A DNA stretch of 54,903 bases from a virus (Duplodnaviria; Caudoviricetes): IMG/VR virus record IMGVR_UViG_3300005611_000036, positions 1-54,903 of that record; one strand, written 5' to 3'. This document shows positions 1-8,808 of the stretch, one piece after another. How positions within the stretch are numbered: the first letter of the stretch is position 1; each line of letters starts with the position of its first letter. A program made the position numbers and the translations under genes. The notes under the pieces are model-generated. The model ran no database searches. It was not told where the DNA came from and saw only the letters and a list, made by a program, of their open reading frames with translations.

Positions 1-969
1 AAATATATCATCGAAATTCTTAAGCCCAATTTGAAATCCAGGCTTGAATCCATTAGTAACGAAGTCAGTAACCTCGCCTTCGATGTCTTTGAAAGTGGTA
101 ACGTTTTCCAAAGGGACAGGTCGTGCTTTGGTAATACGCTTTGCCAATTCTTGTTTTCCATACTCTAATAAATATTCATTTGCATCTTTGCAACCATTAA
201 AATCAGCTAAGTAACAAACCTCAGCACCAAGCCTTCTTACGAGCTCAGTCTGCAATGCTTGCCCTGCTTCATCTGCATCAACTGCTATAATTACTTTTTC
301 TTTATCTTCAAAGTAATCAATACAGTTATCTAAATAATCTAAGTTATTATTATTTAGCGTAGCACCATTTGGTACTGATATAACATTATGTATACCTGCT
401 TCATATAACGAAAGGGCATCCATCTCGCCTTCTACAATAACACAGTATTCATAACCTACTATGTTGTTTATATTATAGAAAACCTTTTCGGCACCCTTGT
501 ATAACTTAAAATTCTTACGACCATCTCTGTATTTAACATTAATGAGTTGATCGCCCATATAGTAATTAAACTGTATGGTATTCTCGGTCTTACCGGTTTG
601 CGGCATAAACTCTGGGCCCTCGGTTACTTTGAGAGCCCTGAGTGTTTGCTTAGATATACCGCGCATTTCAAACCACTTTTCAACATTTGTAGAAACATCG
701 TGTATAGCATCAGGCGTTTCAGGCCGGACGTATATTTTATCTGACGCTCCTTTACGTTGATATGTATGTAGTTGAAATGTGCTATCACAATTATGGCAAG
801 TTCCGAGACCCCGTTCCCAATCATAAGACGCACACTTTGCTTTCTTATTTTCAGGTTTCCTATTTTCAGAGCACATAGGGCATATACCCTGTGACGCTCC
901 GACTTCTAGGTCGTGTTGATTAAACTGGTCAATCAAATATCCATTGATCTCCGAATTGTTAACTTGCAT
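1..969 (-). CDS. T7 gp4/Twinkle-like DNA primase-helicase, N-terminal part (runs off the window start)
   Basis: Manual translation from ATG at 969 (MQVNNSEING...). Zn-binding CPMC..CHNC, TOPRIM motifs IVEGEMDALS and IIAVDADEAG, KDANEYL, then the linker into the helicase. Absent from the ORF track because it has no stop in the window. Confidence 0.9.
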   Translation of the reverse strand, partial: MQVNNSEINGYLIDQFNQHDLEVGASQGICPMCSENRKPENKKAKCASYDWERGLGTCHNCDSTFQLHTYQRKGASDKIYVRPETPDAIHDVSTNVEKWFEMRGISKQTLRALKVTEGPEFMPQTGKTENTIQFNYYMGDQLINVKYRDGRKNFKLYKGAEKVFYNINNIVGYEYCVIVEGEMDALSLYEAGIHNVISVPNGATLNNNNLDYLDNCIDYFEDKEKVIIAVDADEAGQALQTELVRRLGAEVCYLADFNGCKDANEYLLEYGKQELAKRITKARPVPLENVTTFKDIEGEVTDFVTNGFKPGFQIGLKNFDDIF

Positions 970-984
970 TTAATTTAATTTATT

Positions 985-1080
985 TTACCATCCTTCATTA
1001 TCTCTACATTCAGGACATATATCGCAGAAGTCATATTCCTCCTGCGATATTTCCTGATTACAAAATTCACACGTTGGCAT
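985..1080 (-). CDS. 31-aa Cys-rich mini zinc-finger protein
   Basis: MPTCEFCNQEISQEEYDFCDICPECRDNEGW; start overlaps the stop of the upstream gene (TAATG). Confidence 0.6.
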   Translation of the reverse strand: MPTCEFCNQEISQEEYDFCDICPECRDNEGW

Positions 1081-1394
1081 TAGAACGGCAAATCTTCTTC
1101 TACTGGTTGTGGAGCTGCGGGTGCTGCTTGAGCTTGCCCATCTTGACGAGGAGCAACCGCTACATTATCACCATTAGTCCATACAACTTGTACATTACCA
1201 AGGTAAACTTTATTCTCTTTTGCATCACGCTCTTCTTTAGATTGTGCTACAATTACAGGTCCTTGGTTTCCAAACTGATCGACTTCATCGTTCAGCGTTA
1301 TTGTAATAGGTAAATACTTACCTTTTTTACCGTCGATAATTTTATCTTTCGGTATTTTGGTTAAATCAATACTTGTCTTAATTATTGAAGCCAT
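1080..1394 (-). CDS. Putative single-stranded DNA-binding protein
   Basis: Small beta-rich protein with Q/A/P linker and acidic EEDLPF C-terminus; lies next to ERF, nuclease and primase. Confidence 0.7.
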   Translation of the reverse strand: MASIIKTSIDLTKIPKDKIIDGKKGKYLPITITLNDEVDQFGNQGPVIVAQSKEERDAKENKVYLGNVQVVWTNGDNVAVAPRQDGQAQAAPAAPQPVEEDLPF

Positions 1395-1557
1395 ATGTAT
1401 TTAAATTGTTGAAGGTTCGACGCAAAGTATCAAGAGATACACCTGTGCTTCTGCGAAGGTTATCAATTGCCTTTACGTGGTTATGGTTATTATAAAAATT
1501 ACTCTCGCTGGTTTTAATACCAGTTACATTACACACTTTCATTTTTCTTCGTGCCAT
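1378..1557 (-). CDS. Hypothetical 59-aa protein
   Basis: MARRKMKVCNVTGIKTSESNFY...YGFNN fills the gap within the minus-strand operon. Confidence 0.55.
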   Translation of the reverse strand: MARRKMKVCNVTGIKTSESNFYNNHNHVKAIDNLRRSTGVSLDTLRRTFNNLNTYGFNN

Positions 1558-1568
1558 TATATTTGGTT

Positions 1569-2300
1569 TTAAAGGGTTTTATTAATAAAAAATTGTGAAG
1601 GATCGAATCCTTCAGTGTTGTAGAATAAGTCATATGCTGCACTTGCTTCTTCAACTTTACGTTTACCTGATTCATAAAAATCTGGCGAACAGTCAAAGAT
1701 ACCAATAATATGCGAAATTTTGTCTATTGCAATGAATAAAAATTCGTAACCAAATAACTTACTATATATGTAAGCTTGACTATCGTAGTTCCACTTACGT
1801 GCACTTGAACGAAAAGCATTTATGTTACTCGTTGTTTTCAAATCAATAATAAGCTTTTCATCGTGATTAACAATATCAGCTTTACCTTTCCACATATTAT
1901 TTGCCAGTTCAATTATTCCTGGCACTTCATATTCTACATTATCACCTTGAATTAATCCTTTAGCAACTTCGTTAGCCATTAACTTTTCACGCATTAGTTC
2001 AATGTTGTCTACTTCTGATTGAAGCATGCACATTTCACCACCTGAAAGTTCTTTATACTTTTTTGTGCCGCGTGTGCTAGACTCAATTATTTTAAATCGC
2101 TCTAACTTTCCTGGCTCTAGTATAGCTGTATGGAAGTAACTACCAACTATTAGGTTGGGAGATGCCGCCGTTGGCTTACCATATTGCAAAGGATCATTCA
2201 GTAATGTTCCAATATCTGAATTACTAAGATACTGTTTACCGAACACTCCGTAGTAATGCTCGTCGTCTCTTAGCTTTTCAATTATTTCACGCTTGTTCAT
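1569..2300 (-). CDS. RecE/exonuclease VIII-like PD-(D/E)XK nuclease
   Basis: LSNS, GSYFHTAILEP, KGKADIV, IIDLKTT, YDSQAYIY motifs. Confidence 0.8.
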   Translation of the reverse strand: MNKREIIEKLRDDEHYYGVFGKQYLSNSDIGTLLNDPLQYGKPTAASPNLIVGSYFHTAILEPGKLERFKIIESSTRGTKKYKELSGGEMCMLQSEVDNIELMREKLMANEVAKGLIQGDNVEYEVPGIIELANNMWKGKADIVNHDEKLIIDLKTTSNINAFRSSARKWNYDSQAYIYSKLFGYEFLFIAIDKISHIIGIFDCSPDFYESGKRKVEEASAAYDLFYNTEGFDPSQFFINKTL

Positions 2301-2835
2301 ACTTTTTAAGCTCTGCTTTTGCAGCGGTATCTACCTTATACTTTGCATTGATTGCCGTAATGGTGCCGCCAGATTTAATGTATTCGATTGCTTTCGTAAA
2401 AGCATCGGTACCAGCTTTTAATACTGGTTTATCTATCTTTTGGTCACGGCCATGCGTATTAGTAGCATCAGCATCCGCAGTGTCGTCAATAAGCAATAGA
2501 TTACCTAATGCATATTTCTTACCATAACTTGAAGCTGAACCAAACTGTTGAGGTACTTGCATACCTTTCTGGTTAAAGTCCACGCCCACAATAGCTTTAG
2601 CTGTTATTTCCATTGCGCTCTCTGCATCAATTGCAGTGGCAGAACTTTCAATAACGCCTTCACCTAAATAGGTTTCATCAACCTTAAAGTATACATTATA
2701 CTTTTCATTGAATGGTTTTAAAGCTTCAAGTATGTCTTCAGCAGATCGGAAATTGTATTTTCCGAATGAATTAAAACGACTTTTCTTCGCTTTAAACTCT
2801 TGTTGAATTTTACTTAATTTCTCGTGAATTGTCAT
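2287..2835 (-). CDS. ERF-family ssDNA annealing protein
   Basis: NSFGKYNFRSAEDIL, QQFGSASSYGKKYALGNLLLIDDTADAD. Confidence 0.85.
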   Translation of the reverse strand: MTIHEKLSKIQQEFKAKKSRFNSFGKYNFRSAEDILEALKPFNEKYNVYFKVDETYLGEGVIESSATAIDAESAMEITAKAIVGVDFNQKGMQVPQQFGSASSYGKKYALGNLLLIDDTADADATNTHGRDQKIDKPVLKAGTDAFTKAIEYIKSGGTITAINAKYKVDTAAKAELKKYEQA

Positions 2836-2850
2836 ATATATATTATTACG
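2836..2850 (-). promoter_or_regulatory. Class-II promoter candidate, CGTAAT-N9-ATG
   Basis: CGTAAT exactly 9 nt before the ERF start; same spacing at 12480, 44522 and 53359. Confidence 0.55.
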
Positions 2851-2876
2851 TATTATACACTATTGTTAGCCCTAAC

Positions 2877-3638
2877 TTACAGGTAATCAATTACTTGACT
2901 GCTAGGAACATTATCTACTAGTTTATCAATTGCTTCTTTTTTTATTTGTGAAACACGTACATAACTTGCTGTACCATTGATTTCTAGTTTATCTGCAATA
3001 TCTTTTGCAGACATCTTATCACAATCCAATCCATAACTCAATCGAATTACTTCATACTCTTTATCTGTTAGGTGTTCTTTCATTATACCTAATAGGTAAG
3101 CATTTAATAACGCAATATTATATGGCTCAGATTTATCTGGTATTTGAAACATTGCATTTTCGTCGTCAACATTTGGGCTATCATCTATACTTAAAAATAT
3201 TTGATTAAAAAATGTTTCAACTATTAACCTGTCTTTACCAGAATTTTTTCTAATCTCGTTTAATTTATGCTCTGGTATACGCATGTCACCACGATTAATA
3301 TCAATTGATCTTCGTATTGCACCACGTATACGTTTGCCTAAAAACGATTTTAATGTTAACTCCTGGTCATCACTTTTTGAAAGCGATTCCCAATCTATTC
3401 TATCAACTGCAGCTATCAAACCTAAACTACCTTCTTGTATTAAATCGTTAATAGTCATTACACCTGACGCTTGCTGCGACGTGGCAAATCTTCTACTTAT
3501 GTTTTCTACAAGTGGCAAAAAAACAGTTATTAACTCGTCTCTTGAATAATCCTTAAATGATTTGTCTGGTATAGTGCTTAGAACAAAATCTAAATCTTCT
3601 TTATACCGAATGTAATTCTGTACATTATATTTTTTCAT
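2877..3638 (-). CDS. Phage RNA polymerase sigma-70-family factor
   Basis: Region 2 LPLVENISRRF..DLIQEGSLGLIAAVDRID..RIRGAIRRSID; MRIP; region 4 LTDKEYEVIRLSYGL..RVSQIKKEAIDKL. Confidence 0.9.
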   Translation of the reverse strand: MKKYNVQNYIRYKEDLDFVLSTIPDKSFKDYSRDELITVFLPLVENISRRFATSQQASGVMTINDLIQEGSLGLIAAVDRIDWESLSKSDDQELTLKSFLGKRIRGAIRRSIDINRGDMRIPEHKLNEIRKNSGKDRLIVETFFNQIFLSIDDSPNVDDENAMFQIPDKSEPYNIALLNAYLLGIMKEHLTDKEYEVIRLSYGLDCDKMSAKDIADKLEINGTASYVRVSQIKKEAIDKLVDNVPSSQVIDYL

Positions 3639-4239
3639 TTAAAAGCTCCTTTTCTTTGGCTAGCTCGTGTGTCATATTCCTATACACTGTACGGGTTGAG
3701 ACTCCAAGCGTCCGCGCTATTGCTGCAACAGTAATTTTTTTATCATCATCATGCAGCAGTAACATCGTTTCATATATATCCTCTGGTGCAGCTTTGCTAC
3801 CCCTACCTATAAGTTTACCCACAATAGATAATTTTTCACTTTTCGTCAACCCTGTATTATCTTTAAAAATAACTTTTCTTAGTTTATTTTTAGGTGGTTG
3901 ATCTAAATCCATCATACTGATTTCATATATCATCTTGTTGAGTAGTAACTCAGGCATGGTAAAGGTAGTAAATCCATTTGACTTATCCGATAAAAAATAA
4001 GATAATTCTTCAAATTTATCTGGGCTGAGCTGCGGGTTTAAGTACCAAAGCACAAGCAAATGCCACTTCAACGACTTATATGTTGTTATTTGTGCTTTAC
4101 TTCTAAATAACTCATAACATTCATGTGTGCCCTCATCATAAAACCAACCCCACTCATACAGTTTAGTAGGGCGATCATTGACGGGGTACCGCCGATAGAT
4201 TATGTTATTATCATGTAAGTATCGCATTTTGCGTGACAT
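3625..4239 (-). CDS. DNA-binding protein with C-terminal helix-turn-helix (regulator or Rep-like)
   Basis: KITVAAIARTLGVSTRTVYRNM HTH signature. Confidence 0.7.
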   Translation of the reverse strand: MSRKMRYLHDNNIIYRRYPVNDRPTKLYEWGWFYDEGTHECYELFRSKAQITTYKSLKWHLLVLWYLNPQLSPDKFEELSYFLSDKSNGFTTFTMPELLLNKMIYEISMMDLDQPPKNKLRKVIFKDNTGLTKSEKLSIVGKLIGRGSKAAPEDIYETMLLLHDDDKKITVAAIARTLGVSTRTVYRNMTHELAKEKELLNEKI

Positions 4240-4277
4240 TAGCCTGTTACTTTATATACTTAATTAGCTAGCGTCAC
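4233..4277. promoter_or_regulatory. Spaced inverted repeat, copy 1 (GTGACATTAGC-N23-GCTAGCGTCAC)
   Basis: Imperfect dyad overlapping the ATG of the HTH gene; related copies at 10617 and 12413. Confidence 0.65.
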
Positions 4278-4308
4278 ACTTTGTAACACTTTGCTAACAG
4301 CAAATATA

Positions 4309-4788
4309 TTAATTTTTTATAAAAGGTCTTTTAATTATTGCTTCGCCTTTATTGGCTATTCTAAATTTGTCTTTCTCGTAATAGTTCCAGTAAGCTGCAA
4401 CGCTATCACCCTCTACTTTATATTCATCTGGCATACACTGCGGCGGTTGTGTAAACTCACCATTTGGTATACCGGGTGGTGGGTCGCTAAGTACATATCT
4501 ACATTTAGCTATAGTTTTATGTTCTTTGCCATAGCGCTTTGTATATTCATTACCCAGAGCCATCATATACTGATATGCCCAAAGATATTGATTTCTATTG
4601 CCGCGTACCCATATAGTTGACGGGTGGTTTAAGTGTGCTTGTTTATAAGGGACGTTGTGTCCATTATCGTACACGTGATGCGCCGTGCATAACATTTGCG
4701 CTGCTTCTAAGACCATTTTGACCTTATGCTTATCATAATGATAGCTAGCAGCAGTTACAGGGTCTCTATCGAGATAAAATAAATTCAT
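4309..4788 (-). CDS. Pyrimidine-dimer DNA glycosylase (DenV-like) family protein
   Basis: MNLFYLDRDP..DKHKVKMVLEAAQMLCTAH..HLNHPSTIW..PPQCMPDEYK pattern. Confidence 0.7.
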   Translation of the reverse strand: MNLFYLDRDPVTAASYHYDKHKVKMVLEAAQMLCTAHHVYDNGHNVPYKQAHLNHPSTIWVRGNRNQYLWAYQYMMALGNEYTKRYGKEHKTIAKCRYVLSDPPPGIPNGEFTQPPQCMPDEYKVEGDSVAAYWNYYEKDKFRIANKGEAIIKRPFIKN

Positions 4789-5009
4789 TACAGTTCTTCG
4801 TATTTGAATACACCAAAAACTTTATTATGTAATGCGCGACCAGTTGAATTGCTAAGTCTTACATCTTCGAATGTACTTTCATCTACGTTTTTGTATACAT
4901 ATAACCTTCCGTTCTTAAAGTTTACAATAAGCTTTTGGCTATCGTTATAGTAGCTTACTGTGTCTACCATTGATGAATCTACTAATATGTGTTGTACTTT
5001 TGTGCTCAT
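4788..5009 (-). CDS. KTSC-domain protein
   Basis: VDSSMVDTVSY..LIVNFKNGRLYVYKNV..S.STGR. Confidence 0.8.
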   Translation of the reverse strand: MSTKVQHILVDSSMVDTVSYYNDSQKLIVNFKNGRLYVYKNVDESTFEDVRLSNSTGRALHNKVFGVFKYEEL

Positions 5010-5320
5010 AATTTATTTAATTTAATTTCTATTCTTTCTATTTTACGTTTTATTAGTGCTGCTTTCTCGTATTGCTCCTTGTCTTCATAAGCTTGGAGCA
5101 GCGTCATTAACCGTGCCAGCTCAGCTAACAACGTTTCTTCTTCGGTTGCATGACGTTGGTTACCAAACACATCTTGTTGTAAGGTTATTTCAATGTCTTG
5201 CCCCGATGCTTTTACCTGTTCAATAAATTGTTGGTCAAGCTCAGCTTGCCGGTCCATTATAAGTTTAAATATTTTTTCTGCTAACAAGTCCGAAAACTTG
5301 TCCATCTCTTCTTCAGTCAT
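5006..5320 (-). CDS. Hypothetical protein with C-terminal UvrB/UvrC-like motif
   Basis: EDKEQYEKAALIKRKIERI. Confidence 0.55.
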   Translation of the reverse strand: MTEEEMDKFSDLLAEKIFKLIMDRQAELDQQFIEQVKASGQDIEITLQQDVFGNQRHATEEETLLAELARLMTLLQAYEDKEQYEKAALIKRKIERIEIKLNKL

Positions 5321-5525
5321 ATAGTTTAGTTAAAATGTATTGCGCTACTTCAACTCTGCGCTTACAATAGTATATTTGGTTTTGTTTTACTTCTTCCCAG
5401 TTTTCGTTGCCAGACCAGCCACGGCCGTCCCAACGCTCTGCATCTTTTAATTCATTTGTAGCTGCCTGCACTTTTGCAAACATATAGTTTTCTGCACGCT
5501 GCTGTAATGTTAGTTCGTCTTCCAT
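5313..5525 (-). CDS. Hypothetical early protein, probably leaderless
   Basis: ORF track; ATG 6 nt after the GATAAT of the promoter motif. Confidence 0.7.
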   Translation of the reverse strand: MEDELTLQQRAENYMFAKVQAATNELKDAERWDGRGWSGNENWEEVKQNQIYYCKRRVEVAQYILTKLYD

Positions 5526-5531
5526 ATTATT

Positions 5532-5563
5532 ATTATCGATTAGTCTTCGTGTTTAGTTTGTAA
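5532..5563 (-). promoter_or_regulatory. Class-I (early) promoter motif, copy 1
   Basis: TTACAAACTAAACACGA-N9-GATAAT on the minus strand. Confidence 0.8.
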
Positions 5564-5564
5564 A

Positions 5565-5720
5565 TTATATTCTGCCATCACCATCAGGGTAGTCTGTTAT
5601 TACTAACTCAATGTAAAAAAATATTAAGTCAAGTGAGATTGCTCTGTATATGTTATTAAAAAACACATAACTTAAGCCTATACCCCATTGGCTATGGTAT
5701 CTACCTACTTTTAGTTTCAT
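5565..5720 (-). CDS. Hypothetical 51-aa protein
   Basis: MKLKVGRYHSQWGIGLSYVFFNNIYRAISLDLIFFYIELVITDYPDGDGRI; ATGA overlap with upstream ORF. Confidence 0.6.
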   Translation of the reverse strand: MKLKVGRYHSQWGIGLSYVFFNNIYRAISLDLIFFYIELVITDYPDGDGRI

Positions 5721-5893
5721 GCTTTTATTATCCCGTCTTCGATTAATGCTCTACAATTTCTTCCAAACCAGCCTTGCAATTTATATGCAAGTCCAGTATC
5801 GTGTAGTTGCTGCCAAGCTTGTATTACCTGATCTGCGTTGTCCGCCTCTATAAATCCTTCGGCTATTCCAACCGCTTCATAATTGCTCATCAT
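5717..5893 (-). CDS. Hypothetical 58-aa phage protein
   Basis: MMSNYEAVGIAEGFIEAD..AWQQLHDTGLAYKLQGWFGRNCRALIEDGII; tight gene packing. Confidence 0.7.
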   Translation of the reverse strand: MMSNYEAVGIAEGFIEADNADQVIQAWQQLHDTGLAYKLQGWFGRNCRALIEDGIIKA

Positions 5894-5894
5894 A

Positions 5895-6503
5895 TTAGTG
5901 AAATATTAGTCCTACTTTTTTGTTTTTACTAAACCACTTTGTTGCAAACAAATCTATCTTACTTGCATTTACAAACCCAGCACGGTCTAGCTCTTGCTCT
6001 GATTTAAATATTTTAGTATACCTATCTTGCTCATAATCAATCATATGCACCTGCTTACCTGCATTACTGAATATAATATCGTAATTGTCAGGCAGATCGG
6101 TTTTGTGAACAAGGTCTACCATATTAGTGTACGAATAAAACTTGACGTCGGGGTTGTGTATAGCAACCGTTATCCACTTTTTTAGATATGCGCCGGAATA
6201 ATAATCTCCGCTATCATGGACACGTACGTAATCGGGTTTCTTACGCTTTATTTCAGCATTCATTGCATCTACAAAACCGTCTGTTTTGGTTAGCTCATAG
6301 CGCTTTTCGAAAGCAGGTTTTACATTGCTCCAGATATATGCGCCTTTCTTAGCATAACAAAACTTTACACAGTCTTTAGCCATTGGGCATGTTAGTTTAC
6401 CACTGGCTGATTTGTATGCAGGTATACCGAAATTGAATACCCGTACGCCAAGCTCTTTACTCGTTTTCTTTAATTTACTGTTTTGCGTTAATAAGTTCAT
6501 CAC
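5895..6503 (-). CDS. Gp88-like Cys-cluster protein (radical-SAM-like); likely start at ATG 6500
   Basis: NSKL, TCPMAKDCVKFCYAKKG, VRVHDSGDYYS, FYSYT. Confidence 0.65.
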   Translation of the reverse strand: MMNLLTQNSKLKKTSKELGVRVFNFGIPAYKSASGKLTCPMAKDCVKFCYAKKGAYIWSNVKPAFEKRYELTKTDGFVDAMNAEIKRKKPDYVRVHDSGDYYSGAYLKKWITVAIHNPDVKFYSYTNMVDLVHKTDLPDNYDIIFSNAGKQVHMIDYEQDRYTKIFKSEQELDRAGFVNASKIDLFATKWFSKNKKVGLIFH

Positions 6504-6870
6504 TCAATAATTGTTTTCTAAGTGCATACAGCTTATGTATTTCAGTGTGCATAAATTTAATTTGCTGGTCCACTTCTTTTAAGTTGCTGCATCGCATTTT
6601 TTTCATACATATTATCGACAAGCGGTCGTATTTAGTTTGTAAATCTTTATCCCACTTGCATTCGTTCTCAAACTGTTTGAGCCCGTATATAACTGTTGCG
6701 TGGTTACGACCAACTACTTCACCGATCTCGCGAAACGAATAATCCGTGTACTCTTTTGCAAGCGTAAAATATAACCACCGGTTAATCACTACTTCATGGT
6801 CACGGGACGAGGATAAAATATTTACCCCCGAATCCATGACTATCTTCTTTATAATATGTAAATCTTCCAT
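6475..6870 (-). CDS. Stand-alone DnaA domain IV (C-terminal DNA-binding)-like protein
   Basis: ILSSSRDHEVVINR..YFTLAKEYTDYSFREIGEVVGRNHATVIYGLKQFE matches the DnaA signature S(L)xxIGxxFGGRDHTTVxHA. Confidence 0.8.
   Translation of the reverse strand: MEDLHIIKKIVMDSGVNILSSSRDHEVVINRWLYFTLAKEYTDYSFREIGEVVGRNHATVIYGLKQFENECKWDKDLQTKYDRLSIICMKKMRCSNLKEVDQQIKFMHTEIHKLYALRKQLLSDELINAKQ
6611..6642 (-). promoter_or_regulatory. Class-I promoter motif, copy 2 (inside a coding sequence)
   Basis: TTACAAACTAAATACGA-N9-GATAAT. Confidence 0.75.
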
Positions 6871-7139
6871 CAGTCTAGTAGTATCATATATGCTTCAGGG
6901 TTAGCACGGCGGAACCAATCTAAGCCTCTACGCATTTCACTTATTAGTTTTACATTGCCACTCATACCACTCATAACAAACTCAGCGCCTTTAATAAAAT
7001 CATACATACTTAGCTCTTCAGCTGTTAAATCTATCGACTCTCCTGTATATGGGTTAGACACTGTTTCACCCTTGTCGTATATTTGCCCGTCAAACCACTT
7101 AGGCAGTGGCTTCTGCGATAGTATCGGTTTCGCGTTCAT
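6870..7139 (-). CDS. Hypothetical phage protein
   Basis: ORF track; operon packing. Confidence 0.7.
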   Translation of the reverse strand: MNAKPILSQKPLPKWFDGQIYDKGETVSNPYTGESIDLTAEELSMYDFIKGAEFVMSGMSGNVKLISEMRRGLDWFRRANPEAYMILLD

Positions 7140-7575
7140 ATCCTTTATTTATTAATTGTTCTTCCATTTCTTCACGTAGCTTATCAAGCATATCCCCATA
7201 AGCTTCTTCTACTGCATCTATAAAATAGCGTGCATCAAGGCCATCAATATATATAGTGCACCCGTCTTTTATAGCAACTACTATTTCATCTGATAAATCG
7301 TTTTCATAGTAATGTACATCTTCGCTCACACAAACACTGTCAACGTTATCGGTTGCTACATATATTGTATACCCATCTGCAGTTGTTTCCTCATAGCAGT
7401 AAAAGTCATAGTGTTTATTTCGCCACTGATCATCTACCTCACAGTTGTAATGCGCTTGCAATAAATTCCACGCCTCAGTCTCTTCCATATCGTGGTATTC
7501 AAGATAACCTTGCTTTTCTAACTCACTGGTTATCAGCTCGTCGGTAATTATTTTTTTACTCATTTTAGTCTTCAT
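7099..7575 (-). CDS. Hypothetical acidic protein
   Basis: ORF track; strongly D/E-rich. Confidence 0.7.
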   Translation of the reverse strand: MKTKMSKKIITDELITSELEKQGYLEYHDMEETEAWNLLQAHYNCEVDDQWRNKHYDFYCYEETTADGYTIYVATDNVDSVCVSEDVHYYENDLSDEIVVAIKDGCTIYIDGLDARYFIDAVEEAYGDMLDKLREEMEEQLINKGYERETDTIAEATA

Positions 7576-7786
7576 TAAAAATTGTGTATATACTATCCCA
7601 GCTTCTTACTTCACACATATCGCATATATAACCGAGCTGGCTTACGGTTAGGTCTACGACAAATTTATTTTCGTTAAGTGCAGTCTCGGCTTCTTGTGCT
7701 AAATACTGCCACTTGTTTTTGTTTTCAATTAGCTTTACCCTGTACTCGTCTTTGAGTCTCTGGTAAAGAGTTCTATATTCTTTCAT
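7565..7786 (-). CDS. Hypothetical early protein, probably leaderless
   Basis: ATG 6 nt after GATAAT of promoter copy 3. Confidence 0.7.
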   Translation of the reverse strand: MKEYRTLYQRLKDEYRVKLIENKNKWQYLAQEAETALNENKFVVDLTVSQLGYICDMCEVRSWDSIYTIFNED

Positions 7787-7792
7787 GCTTAT

Positions 7793-7824
7793 ATTATCTA
7801 TGTTTGTCCGTGCTTAGTTTGTAA
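7793..7824 (-). promoter_or_regulatory. Class-I promoter motif, copy 3
   Basis: TTACAAACTAAGCACGG-N9-GATAAT; overlaps the 3' end of the upstream ORF. Confidence 0.75.
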
Positions 7825-8045
7825 ATTAGTTCCCGCACACCGATCTCAATCATTGCATACGCTTTATCACCTGTGTCTTGTATTACACCTGCATCAAACA
7901 TTTGGTTTTCAAGTATCTGCCATATATGTTCTTTAACATACTCTTCAACGCCTGCTACCGTTGCACTAATACCGTCTTGATCTTCACTGGTAATTCCATG
8001 CTCGTGTATAGCAAGCATGGTATCTTTCATTGCTTTACTTATCAT
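7794..8045 (-). CDS. Hypothetical protein
   Basis: ORF track. Confidence 0.65.
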   Translation of the reverse strand: MISKAMKDTMLAIHEHGITSEDQDGISATVAGVEEYVKEHIWQILENQMFDAGVIQDTGDKAYAMIEIGVRELIYKLSTDKHR

Positions 8046-8292
8046 TTTGTATTGTTTCTAGTATTTCACTGTAATTTACATTTCGAAGGAAGCCTCTTGC
8101 GTAGTCCGCAACAAGAGTACCCTCAGTACCCGAGTTGTCAAACACTACATTCTCTACTATTTCTTCCAGTAGTTCGACCGTCACTTCTTCGTCGTCATCC
8201 CATTGTATGTCACCTAGTATTTCAAGGTTAACTCGCCACGTTTCATAGTTGCTCCACCCGTTATAGCTCATATATATATTTTTTAAAGTCAT
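8035..8292 (-). CDS. Hypothetical phage protein (YNGWSNYETW family); likely start MSYNGW
   Basis: YNGWxNYETWxVNL is a recurrent small phage protein pattern. Confidence 0.7.
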   Translation of the reverse strand: MTLKNIYMSYNGWSNYETWRVNLEILGDIQWDDDEEVTVELLEEIVENVVFDNSGTEGTLVADYARGFLRNVNYSEILETIQNDK

Positions 8293-8581
8293 CTAATAGT
8301 AACGTGCTTTTTGCATTACCGCCAATGGACCACGTGTCTAACTCGTACTCGGTGTATTCTGCATCGTACGTTTTCCAGTCATATATAGTGTAGATACGGT
8401 CTTCATATCTGATTATCCACTCATATTGTACTTTGTCATCTCCAGACCCAACTATGGTCGGCTCACCTAGTTTTTCAACTAAGTCTCGGTAGTATATACC
8501 ATTTAGGCTACCTATCTTATAGGTACCGTTTACTTCATCGTTGTAGGTGTCAAACACCTGAAATTGTGTTTTTGTTTCCAT
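8261..8581 (-). CDS. Hypothetical phage protein, probably leaderless
   Basis: LGEPT..DDKVQYEW..TIYDWK..WSIGG; ATG 6 nt after GATAAT. Confidence 0.7.
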   Translation of the reverse strand: METKTQFQVFDTYNDEVNGTYKIGSLNGIYYRDLVEKLGEPTIVGSGDDKVQYEWIIRYEDRIYTIYDWKTYDAEYTEYELDTWSIGGNAKSTLLLDDFKKYIYEL

Positions 8582-8587
8582 ATTGTT

Positions 8588-8619
8588 ATTATCTTACTTT
8601 GTTCGTATTTAGTTTGTAA
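8588..8619 (-). promoter_or_regulatory. Class-I promoter motif, copy 4
   Basis: TTACAAACTAAATACGA-N9-GATAAT. Confidence 0.8.
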
Positions 8620-8808
8620 TCATTTACGTTTCCAAGATCGGTGCACTGCGGCACTCGTCGCTTGACTGACGATTTGTATTGTGTTACCAGTCTTATGGGC
8701 GATAATGGGTACATAGCTGTACTGCTCAACGTCGGAGCAAGTTATGCACGTTTTATACCCGAGATTTACTCGCCCAGCTGGTATAGTATTGTTACACCGG
8801 CACTTCAT
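8620..8808 (-). CDS. DksA/TraR-like C4 zinc-finger protein
   Basis: CRCNNTIPAGRVNLGYKTCITCS resembles the C..IPxxR..CxxC finger of DksA/TraR. Confidence 0.55.
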   Translation of the reverse strand: MKCRCNNTIPAGRVNLGYKTCITCSDVEQYSYVPIIAHKTGNTIQIVSQATSAAVHRSWKRK

